Source: an uncultured Spirochaetota bacterium (GTDB lineage Bacteria; Spirochaetota; Spirochaetia; SZUA-6; Fen-1364). From it: 16,165 nt of DNA. Positions within the stretch are counted from its first letter, which is position 1; every line of letters starts with the position of its first letter. Below the pieces are notes generated by a model. It was not told the DNA's origin, did no database searches, and saw nothing but the letters and a program-made list of their open reading frames with translations. Shown here in pieces: positions 8,239 through 15,907 of this stretch. The stretch spans positions 1 to 16,165 of the forward strand of contig CAVUXE010000014.1 in NCBI GenBank assembly GCA_963745235.1. Reading direction: 5' to 3'. A program made the position numbers and the translations under genes.

Positions 8239-8625
8239 ATGAAAACCGACCTTCCATCAGACTACCGGCAGCTTCAACTCGCCCTGAGCCACATCGGCTT
8301 CTTCCGCCGCGGCACCCTGCTCAAGCGCATGATGACCTGCGGCAAGTCCGTCTGCGCCTGCAAAGCCTCACCCCCCCGTTTGCACGGTCCGTATTACCAG
8401 TGGACCCGCAAAGTCGACGGGAGGACCGTCACGGTTAATCTGTCAGCTCAACAAGCCAAGTTGCTAGAAGGGTGGATCGCTGCCGGCAAGGAACTTGATC
8501 GCATCGTCGCCGAAATGGAGCGCATTTCGCTGGAGGCAACCGAGCGTCAGCTGCAAGAGTTGCCGCCACCAACGCGCAAGGTGCCGGTCAGGCGTCGCCA
8601 TGCCCAGCAGGGTGCAGCAGGCTAG
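8239..8625 (+). CDS. DUF6788-like IS-associated small Cys/His protein (128 aa)
   Basis: RRGTL......CGK..C.C......HGPYYQWT.K..G.TVT..L motif followed by a helical tail; the stop codon lies 1 nt before the terminal IR. Confidence 0.8.
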   Translation: MKTDLPSDYRQLQLALSHIGFFRRGTLLKRMMTCGKSVCACKASPPRLHGPYYQWTRKVDGRTVTVNLSAQQAKLLEGWIAAGKELDRIVAEMERISLEATERQLQELPPPTRKVPVRRRHAQQGAAG

Positions 8626-8649
8626 CAATTACCCGACAAGCTGTAGCTA

Positions 8650-9205
8650 TGGTGCCTACATCATAGCAATAATCGGCATTGGCTTTCAGGTGGTTATGAG
8701 CCGTATTCAGAATGGCAAGCACGAACGAGAGATCGCTCGGCAAAACGAGAGACACGACAGGGAAGAGAGGAACAGGACATTTAGAGAAAAGGCGGAAGCC
8801 TACTATCAAACGACGAGGCGGTTCATATACAAGTTTCAAGAGCAGTTGGAACACATAAAGCAAGATAGAATAGAAGATTCTTTGACGAACGACCTCAAGT
8901 CTGACCTACAATACCTGATAATGTTGGAGACCTACTACTTTCCCTTTTTCAAAGAGAAATTCGAGAACTCTACAGTGAATTTAGTTAGACCTCTCTTGGC
9001 GGAGCTATTAGGCTTGATTCAGCAACTAAGGTATGGAAATGGGAATCTCACCGTGGCAAGAATCATGTACGACGAACAACTCAAGCACGTTTACGGGCTG
9101 TGGGCGGATGCGATGCCAAAGACGGATTATTTCATTGGCTCGATCAGTGACATGGACTTATACAATCTTGATTTGGAGTGGAGGAAGGGACACCCGCTAA
9201 AGTGA
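8650..9205 (+). pseudogene. 3' part of the IS-interrupted membrane-anchored hypothetical protein
   Basis: Hydrophobic segment GAYIIAIIGIGFQVVM followed by a charged helical region (KHEREIARQNERHDREER); in frame with 6397-6491. Confidence 0.75.
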
Positions 9206-9316
9206 GTAGCGTCGACGCGCCGCTTCCAACGGCAAAAAGGGCCATTTGACACTCCCGAAAGTCTCGGAGTAGCTTCTATTCGGATACGTCACTTGTCTTC
9301 AGGAGGTATTTTCGTA

Positions 9317-9523
9317 ATGCCCAAGAAGATCGTTGGTTCGGTGCTTTGGATCGAAAAAGGAAAACAAACGGAGAAGGTCGTAGACGCTGAACGAGCTTTC
9401 TCCGACGAAGATCAGGCAAAGGCTCAAGTGCTCTACTTTGAGAAGAAAGGGAGCGGAGTCGAGAAGAGACTCGCGCGGCTTGCGTATCGTCAGTGGCAGG
9501 GAAAACGATTCCGACAGAACTGA
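9317..9523 (+). CDS. Small basic hypothetical protein (68 aa), copy 1
   Basis: AGGAGG RBS (9301-9306); possible promoter TTGACA (9246)-18-TAGCTT; downstream terminator; a paralog at 10349-10526 shows synonymous substitutions. Confidence 0.7.
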   Translation: MPKKIVGSVLWIEKGKQTEKVVDAERAFSDEDQAKAQVLYFEKKGSGVEKRLARLAYRQWQGKRFRQN

Positions 9524-9546
9524 AAGAAGAGGATGGCAAAGAAGGA

Positions 9547-9577
9547 AGGAGAGGCGCATAGCCTCTCTTTTTTCTTT
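9547..9577 (+). terminator. Intrinsic terminator after small ORF copy 1
   Basis: GAGAGGC-gcata-GCCTCTC followed by TTTTTT. Confidence 0.75.
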
Positions 9578-9648
9578 TCCGGGTTTGTCGTCCTTCTTTT
9601 ACAAGATCGCGTATCCCCTCTTTGAGGGGCCGCATCCACTCGCTACAG

Positions 9649-9876
9649 TCACTTAACGCTCAAATGATTGACGACTTGGTATCTGGTTCCTGCATGTCTT
9701 CGGACGATCCCCTCCACCTTGTTGATCTGGTCCGGGGAGTGGACAGTTCCAAAGATATGGAGGGATTTATTCCTCTTAAACAGCCCCTTTTCCAGTAAGT
9801 CTACGCATATGTTCATAGTATCGATGGACAGGTCATCGGCGATCTCGGTCAGAATGGTTTGAGTGATTTCTGGCAT
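9649..9876 (-). CDS. Single BON-domain-like small protein (75 aa)
   Basis: Pattern I...I..D.SID..NI.V......LHIFGTV.S.DQ..KVE.IV...AG....VVNHL.V resembles BON; AGGAGAGG RBS before ATG 9876; no signal peptide. Confidence 0.65.
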   Translation of the reverse strand: MPEITQTILTEIADDLSIDTMNICVDLLEKGLFKRNKSLHIFGTVHSPDQINKVEGIVRRHAGTRYQVVNHLSVK

Positions 9877-10161
9877 AGTTTCCTCTCCTGTAACCTTCAC
9901 AGGTTGACGTGAACCGAAGTCCTGATGAAGGGCCTTTGAAGCGACAAACGATGCGACTTTAGCGAGGTCATTTGGGTTGACTGGACTCGGCATAAAGGCC
10001 CTCTAACCGTAGGCAGTAAGCGTTGAACGCTCGACAACACGCGGTTGGCCGCACCTTTGGAAATCATATCATCACTGATTTTTGCTGGCAAGGCGGCGTA
10101 TTTGGCAAACATTGCATGTCCTCGTCCTTTCGGGTAGAATGCTCTCCCTGGGGGATAACAA

Positions 10162-10581
10162 ATGTCGTTGTTGATGAGGAATGTAGTATTGGGCATTCTG
10201 TCTTTGGCAGCAGGCGCTGGACGCTTTTCCGAAGCGATCAGGAAGAACGTAGGACCAAGGAGCATCGAGGATAATAAGCTCCAAATAGTATTCGCTCAAA
10301 GAACCAAGGCCGTTCACGTAATACCCTCGGGGTTGGGTGCCTTTCGTCATGCCGAAACAGCGACAGGCCGTGAGCGGCTTTTTCTTGCTCTTGAGACAAA
10401 ACGCGAAACAAACTGGAACAGGACGAGGCCCAGGTGCTCCACTTTGAAAAAGGGAGTGCAGTCGAGAAGAAGCTGGTGCGGCTTGCGAACCGTCAGTGGC
10501 AGGGGAAACGATTCCGACAGGGCTGAGAAGGGCTTTGACATGAAGGAGAGGCGGTTTTGCCTTTCCTTTTTTTTCGCGTGA
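10162..10581 (+). CDS. Possible small hypothetical protein with a hydrophobic N-terminus; the 3' half is probably spurious
   Basis: GGGGA RBS and MSLLMRNVVLGILSLAAGAG; the distal half overlaps the 10349-10526 paralog out of frame and runs through its terminator. Confidence 0.25.
   Translation: MSLLMRNVVLGILSLAAGAGRFSEAIRKNVGPRSIEDNKLQIVFAQRTKAVHVIPSGLGAFRHAETATGRERLFLALETKRETNWNRTRPRCSTLKKGVQSRRSWCGLRTVSGRGNDSDRAEKGFDMKERRFCLSFFFA
10349..10526 (+). pseudogene. Degenerate copy 2 of the small basic protein
   Basis: Starts MPK like copy 1; an internal deletion/frameshift at ~10410-10425; then AQVLHFEK-GSAVEKKLVRLANRQWQGKRFRQG* (26/33 identical to copy 1). Confidence 0.7.
10543..10574 (+). terminator. 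Intrinsic terminator after small ORF copy 2
   Basis: AAGGAGAGGC-ggtttt-GCCTTTCCTT running into a T8 tract. Confidence 0.75.
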
Positions 10582-10720
10582 GAAGCTAACGGAGATTATC
10601 TTTTCCGTATGGTTACACCCTCCCTGAAATTTGCCGATGGGCAAGTTTTATTGATAGCTTAACAAGCAAATGCAGGCTGTTTTTCCTGTACGCCGATCTC
10701 TTGTCGGGAAGGGAGATTTC

Positions 10721-10997
10721 ATGAAGCAACTTTTCGTCCTTGTTCTCTTGTTCAGTATCGCTCTCTCCGCAGAAGCCCAGGACCGGAAGGCAGTCGGGTC
10801 GTTTCATGCGATGGACGGCACCAACTACAAGAATGTGACGGTTGATATTTGGACGGACCCAACTGGAAACCTCCTGATCAGTACGCCGACCCCCTATACA
10901 TTGACCCCGATAGACAAGGATGCCCTCATTCCGCTATTGCAGAAGGCGGTCCGTTACATGCAAGTCGCAAAGGACAACTCTACAACAGTGGACTTTC
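10721..10997 (+). pseudogene. 5' part of a secreted hypothetical protein (166 aa) interrupted by IS66
   Basis: GGGAG RBS; signal peptide MKQLFVLVLLFSIALSAEA-Q; joins in frame to 13372-13595 (...STTVDF-QKDVGSLLTDEG...). Confidence 0.85.
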
Positions 10998-11070
10998 GTA
11001 AGCGAGTGGCGAACCCCACCTGTTGCGGCGCAGCGAGCTAGGCCATAGTCCCTCCTCGAGGAGGGACACG

Positions 11071-11376
11071 ATGAAGCACGACCGGGAGTTCTGGACTCGT
11101 CACGTTGAGAACTGGCGGGCAAGCGGGCTGACACAGAAAGCGTATTGCACTCGCCGCCGGCTGGCGAAGGGAAGCCTGGGCTACTGGGCATCGACACTGG
11201 GGCGGCGGAAGGCAGCGGTGACGGACCTGGTGGAGGTCGGACGTACCGAGGTCAAGCCGCCGCAGTCGAACTGCCCTATCGAGTTGGCCGTGCAGGGTGG
11301 GTATCTGCTTCGGCTGTGGCCGGGGGTGGAGCCCGCACACCTGTGCCAGGTGCTCTCGGTGCTGGAGCGCCGCTGA
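11071..11376 (+). CDS. tnpA: IS66 accessory protein TnpA
   Basis: W..HVE.WR.SGLTQ.AYC....L...SLGYW HTH motif; GAGGAGGG RBS; stop overlaps the tnpB start (TGATG). Confidence 0.9.
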   Translation: MKHDREFWTRHVENWRASGLTQKAYCTRRRLAKGSLGYWASTLGRRKAAVTDLVEVGRTEVKPPQSNCPIELAVQGGYLLRLWPGVEPAHLCQVLSVLERR

Positions 11377-11729
11377 TGATCGGCTTGGAGGTCAAAGAGG
11401 CGCGGGTCTTTGTGCGGCCGGGCCGCACCGACATGCGCAAGCAGATCAACGGGTTGGCCGTAATGGCGGAGCAGGTGATGGAGGCCAGCGTCTTTGAGCC
11501 TTCACTGTTTCTGTTCTGCAACGGTGAGCGACGCATTCTGAAGGCGTTGTACTGGGATCGCAATGGGTTTTGTCTATGGCAAAAGAGACTGCAGAAAGAT
11601 CACTTCCCCTGGCCTCGAAGCAGCGAGCAGGCCCGCTTGGAGATCGACACGGAGAAGTTGCGCATGCTGCTGGAGGGCATCGACTTCTGGTCGGCACACC
11701 AGCCGTTGAGCTACCAGCGAGTGAGCTGA
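11376..11729 (+). CDS. tnpB: IS66 accessory protein TnpB (IS66 Orf2; unrelated to IS200/IS605 TnpB)
   Basis: TDMRKQINGL, LFLFCN..R..LK.LYWDRNGFCLWQKRL, L..LLEGID motifs. Confidence 0.95.
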   Translation: MIGLEVKEARVFVRPGRTDMRKQINGLAVMAEQVMEASVFEPSLFLFCNGERRILKALYWDRNGFCLWQKRLQKDHFPWPRSSEQARLEIDTEKLRMLLEGIDFWSAHQPLSYQRVS

Positions 11730-11795
11730 AAAAAGATAGCCGAAAGCGGGAGAAATCATTGCCTTCGATCATTGGGCTGTGATACTCTGCCCCGC

Positions 11796-13331
11796 GTGGA
11801 GGGGAACGTCGAGACGCTCGTGCTGGAGAACGCGCAGCTGCGGCGAGAGATTGCCGAACTTGCCAAGCGCGTGGAGATCCTCGCCGAGCAAAACGCGTGG
11901 CTGAAGCAGCGGTTCTTCGGGCGCAGCAGCGAAGCGCTGAGCCTCGAGGAGCAGCGTCAGCTAAAGCTGTTCGACGAGGCGGAGCTTGCCGCCGCAGAGT
12001 CGGAGAGCACACGGGGGCAGCTCGACCTGGTTCGCATTCCCGAGCATGTGCGGCAGCAGCCCAAGCGGAGACCGCTACCGCAGGCCCTCCCGCGAGTAGA
12101 AGTGATCATCGACATCCCCGAAGAGCAGAAGCACTGTGGCTGCGGCGCTGAGTTGGTGCGCATCGATGAGGAATCCAGCGAGAAGCTGGACGTGATTCCT
12201 CCGCAGCTTCGGGTGATTCGTACCATTCGACCGATGTACGCCTGCCATGTCTGCGAAGGCTCTGGGGATGAAGGACGGCCGGCGGTGCGTATCGCGCCGA
12301 TGCCCCCCGCGATTATCGACAAGGGAATCGCAAGCGCAGGGTTGCTGGCCTACATCGTGACGAGCAAGTTCTGTGACTCTCTGCCGCTGTACCGCCAGCA
12401 GAAGCAGTTTGCGCGCATCGGGGTGGAGCTGTCCCGTCGGACGATGGCCGACTGGATGATCGCGGCCAGTGAAGCGTGCGCTCCGCTGATGAAACTCCTG
12501 GAGGTGAAAGTACGCTCGGGGCCGCTGCTGCAACTGGATGAGACACGCCTTCAGGTCCTGGGAGAGCCCGGACGAGCCAACACTGCGCTGAGTTACATGT
12601 GGGTCGCCCGTGGAGGGCCACCCGAGGCGCCGGTGATTCTGTACCACTATGCCCCCAGCCGCGGCACGGAGGTAGCAGTAGAGATGCTCGGGGACTACGA
12701 AGGCTACGTACAGACCGACGGCTACGAAGTCTACGACCGAGCCTGTGACGGAGCGAAGAACGTGGTGCACGTTGGATGTTTTGCCCACGCACGTCGAAAG
12801 TTCCACGATGCGCACAAGAACTCGAAAAAGGCGGGCAGCGCGGAAGAGGCCTTAGCGACGATCGCCGGACTGTACCGAGTAGAGAACCAACGGGAGCGCT
12901 ACACGGATCCGCAGGAGTTTGCGGCCGAACGACGTCGGCAGGTGGAACCAATTCTGGCGGAGTTCCACACATGGCTGGAACGCCGAGCCGCTCAGGTTCC
13001 TCCCGAGACGTTGCTGGGCAAGGCGGTCGGCTACACGTTGGGGCAATGGCCCAAGCTCATTCGCTATCTGGACCACCCTGCGATGACCCCGGATACCAAC
13101 TTGGTCGAAGGGGCCATACGTCCCTTTGTGCTAGGCCGGAAAAATTGGCTGTTCTCGGGCAGCCCCCGAGGTGCTACCGCCAGCGCGGTGCTGTTCAGCA
13201 TCATCGAGACAGCTCGCGCGAACGGCAAGGAACCCTACTGGTATCTGCGCCAGCTCTTCGAGGCACTCCCAACGGCCCGTTCGGAGGCTGACATCCTGCG
13301 CCTATCCCCGTTCCGCTCCGCCGAGCCCTGA
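11796..13331 (+). CDS. tnpC: IS66 DDE transposase TnpC
   Basis: Coiled coil + FGRSSE; Zn finger C.CG...YAC..C; KF.D.LPLYRQ, DET, QTDGY, C.AHARRKF, DTN..E..IRP...GRKNWLF. Start GTG 11796 (alternative TTG 11772). Confidence 0.95.
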   Translation: MEGNVETLVLENAQLRREIAELAKRVEILAEQNAWLKQRFFGRSSEALSLEEQRQLKLFDEAELAAAESESTRGQLDLVRIPEHVRQQPKRRPLPQALPRVEVIIDIPEEQKHCGCGAELVRIDEESSEKLDVIPPQLRVIRTIRPMYACHVCEGSGDEGRPAVRIAPMPPAIIDKGIASAGLLAYIVTSKFCDSLPLYRQQKQFARIGVELSRRTMADWMIAASEACAPLMKLLEVKVRSGPLLQLDETRLQVLGEPGRANTALSYMWVARGGPPEAPVILYHYAPSRGTEVAVEMLGDYEGYVQTDGYEVYDRACDGAKNVVHVGCFAHARRKFHDAHKNSKKAGSAEEALATIAGLYRVENQRERYTDPQEFAAERRRQVEPILAEFHTWLERRAAQVPPETLLGKAVGYTLGQWPKLIRYLDHPAMTPDTNLVEGAIRPFVLGRKNWLFSGSPRGATASAVLFSIIETARANGKEPYWYLRQLFEALPTARSEADILRLSPFRSAEP

Positions 13332-13371
13332 CCCGACAGGGGTGGGGTTCGCCACTCGCTTACGGACTTTC

Positions 13372-13595
13372 AGAAGGACGTAGGAAGTTTGCTCACAGAT
13401 GAAGGCGCTTACGTGGTCGTCAAGTTCATAACAAGGGGGTGGGAACACAGCCGCGTTGAGGTATGGGTCTACGAGGCTGGGAGGAATACGATCCTCTCCA
13501 TGTCAGCCAAGGACGTGAATGACATGATAAGTGCACTGTCGGAAGCGGTTGACACGGCGACAGCGTTTCAGCGGCAAATCGCACTGTTTAACTGA
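13372..13595 (+). pseudogene. 3' part of the IS66-interrupted secreted protein
   Basis: In frame with 10721-10997 after removing the IS and one copy of the duplication. Confidence 0.85.
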
Positions 13596-13766
13596 TTCTG
13601 TCAAGTATCCTATAAATCGGCAGATCAGGTTGTTTTCGCAAGCTCCGTGGGATGCACTGAACGTGAGGCGGACCTGATAGGGAATGTCACGCCTGCCTCA
13701 GTATTGTTTGATTTGAGCCTGCACCGTCGCGTCCCCCTTTTCAGAAGCGATCTCGACGCATTTTTC

Positions 13767-14120
13767 CTATCCGGCTCTCTTCGGAAGCGTAACAGTCTTT
13801 GTGCCATCAACGCTCATTGAATGGAATGGGACGTTGTTTGCAATCCTTTTGAGCTTGTCCATGATGAGCAAGTCCTCTTCGGTCGGTTCACTGAGAAGGC
13901 CGAAGGCTTTCTTCGATTCCATCAAGATCGCTCGCTTTGTCCAGTTAGAGTTGGTTTCGTCAGTAGGGGTGAACCAGATGAGGGCAAAATCGAACACCAG
14001 CATTTTCTCGCTGGCGCTCTTGACCTGAATCTTGGGGTCGGTCGATGAGATGATGGAGGCAACTTGGCAGAACTGTCGGGTTTCCTTGATGCGATACCAA
14101 GCGAGGGCTTGAAGAGTCAT
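13767..14120 (-). CDS. Hypothetical protein (117 aa) directly downstream of the serine recombinase
   Basis: Co-oriented, starts 25 nt after the recombinase stop; protein-like composition; no recognised motif; weak RBS. Confidence 0.55.
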   Translation of the reverse strand: MTLQALAWYRIKETRQFCQVASIISSTDPKIQVKSASEKMLVFDFALIWFTPTDETNSNWTKRAILMESKKAFGLLSEPTEEDLLIMDKLKRIANNVPFHSMSVDGTKTVTLPKRAG

Positions 14121-14145
14121 GTCAGATCGCTTAGAAGTTGTCTCA

Positions 14146-15856
14146 TTATCGCTTCGGGGATTGGTTCACCCATGATCGGCTCTTGTTTCCACTCTTACTG
14201 ATATTCATGATGGTCTTCCTCGCATTCATTTGTTCGTCGGAAATAGTAATAGCGTCTGCAACCTCCTTGCTTTCTTTGACAAAGGTGCGCCATTTCTTGA
14301 TTTTCTTCGTTTCCGGAAGGCTTGCGCAGGATTTCATGAAGTCGAAGAAAGTTGGCTCTAGCGCTCCCTGTTTGTAGTCACGAAGCGCTTTCGGATAGTT
14401 CATGGAGACTTCAAAACCGTTTCCTATCTCAAAGATTATTTCATCTTGAAAGACAAGCGCCTGTTTGATGACAGGTTTCAGTAGTTCCCGCCTTTCCATG
14501 TCGGTGGTCTTGGGGTCGTAATAATGAAAAAGGTTTGTAAGGCTAAATGACGCTACCAAATTTTCAATCTCTGTCGATTGAAGCGAAATTTTTTCTTGAA
14601 TCTTGTCCCGTTGCTTCTTCAAGTCCCTGATTTCTGAAAGTCTCTTACCGATCTGTAAGACAAAGTTTTGGAGTATGTTCCCCTGGGTGACTGTTCCCTC
14701 TGCAATAGCAGCGTTGAAGTTGTCTATCTCGGTTTGTTTCCTTTTGATCTGTGTTTCAATGCGCAGCAAATCATTTTTCAGCACAAGCGCTTCATCGCCA
14801 AGGCTCCCCTGTAAACGCCGCACGATTTCCTCACCATACAGGGAAAGGGTCATAGTGTATGCTTCGCCTAAGAAGAAGTTTCCAATTTCGTAGACAATCA
14901 GTTTACGCGGAGCATCGCATTTTACATAGGTTCCATGGAGATAATACAACTTCCCATGACGTTTGATTCGGAAATAAGAGACACTACAAAGGGGGCAGCG
15001 AAGGAAGTTTGTTCCTAAATGAGCGGGGAGCCTTCCCCGGGCAAAGTTGCCCTTTCTATGCTTGTAGCGCGAGAATGCTTCCTTATAAAGTTTTTCTGAA
15101 ATGATAGGTTCATAGAGATTGCTGTTGATTAGCTCCCGCTCGGCATTCCAAGTTAGCCCGGCATAGATGGACCGTGTTAGCATCCTTCGTAGATTGTCAT
15201 TCCAGGTTTTGCCTTCCCTGTTTCTGTATCCCTCAGCGTTGAGTTTCTTGACGATTCCCCTTACTGCCATTTTCCTATTGACATATAGATCATAGACGTA
15301 GCGTATCAACTCTGCTTCACTTGGAACGATTGTCCATATTTTGTTACCTGTGACAGGGTCATAGGCTTTTGACTCATATCCATAAATCCGAGTGTGTGTC
15401 CTGTTGCCTGCTTTCCAAGCTGCCCGGCTGACCTTCCATGACCCGGGCTGTCCTCTCTGTATTTTCTTCCTCGTCAATAGACTGACATGATCCCTGCTGA
15501 GAGACGGTCTGCTTTGTTTCGGAAGTCCAGATAGCGGTTTTGACTTTTTTCATAAAGTTTTATGCCCTTGTACTGAATTAGCTTTCTGAAATCCCTGAAA
15601 TTCTTCTGTGTCCCTTGTGAGCCTAGATTGGCTACCGTACCATATGACATCTTCACTCGTTGCCATTTCAAGGTCTGTTAATAGTTGCTGCCATCCCTTC
15701 CTGCTGTTCTTGGTTCCGGATTCCACATCCTGATATAGACGTAGTTCTTGAATACAGCGTAGCAGCAAAGTTTTTTGCATTCTGCTCCTGCTCTGACAGG
15801 CTGTATCCTTGTTGCTGCTGCTTTTTGGTTGAGACTCTTATGTATGCGTAAACCAT
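14146..15856 (-). pseudogene. Large serine recombinase (~568 aa once corrected), N-terminal part split by four +1 frameshifts
   Basis: YAYIRVST..Q...GYSL..Q (catalytic Ser), YQDVESG...R, SRLTRD, IYGY, EAELIR.VYDLY, I.K.LN.EG, YEPIIS, Zn ribbon LRCPLC, coiled coil. Shifts near ~15752, ~15594, ~15479 and ~15426; 1711-4=1707 nt gives 569 codons. Confidence 0.9.
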
Positions 15857-15862
15857 ACCAAA

Positions 15863-15890
15863 AGCATAACTTGTATGTGGATATTGTCAA
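15863..15890 (-). promoter_or_regulatory. Candidate promoter for a leaderless serine recombinase mRNA
   Basis: TTGACA (15890-15885)-16-TATGCT (15868-15863); the ATG lies 6 nt downstream with no SD. Confidence 0.55.
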
Positions 15891-15907
15891 TAAGGAGATG
15901 AATCGAT

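Larger units (their letters stand above)
6492..8643. mobile_element. Complete IS5-family element (2152 bp) carrying a transposase and a divergent DUF6788-like gene
   Basis: Perfect 17-bp terminal IRs CAGCTTGTCGGGTAATT (6492-6508) / AATTACCCGACAAGCTG (8627-8643); 6-bp direct repeat TAGCTA (6486-6491, 8644-8649); higher GC than flanks; excision restores an ORF. Confidence 0.88.
10998..13363 (+). mobile_element. Complete IS66-family insertion sequence (2366 bp)
   Basis: Perfect 23-bp IRs GTAAGCGAGTGGCGAACCCCACC (10998-11020 / 13341-13363); 8-bp target duplication GGACTTTC (10990-10997, 13364-13371); tnpA-tnpB-tnpC order. Confidence 0.97.

Noticed and set aside
8495-9205. 236-aa ORF as an intact gene
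   Set aside because: Chimeric: its first ~50 codons lie inside the IS; the true start is at 6397.
11376-11729. tnpB as an RNA-guided nuclease
   Set aside because: This is IS66 Orf2 (117 aa) with no RuvC motifs; it shares only the name.
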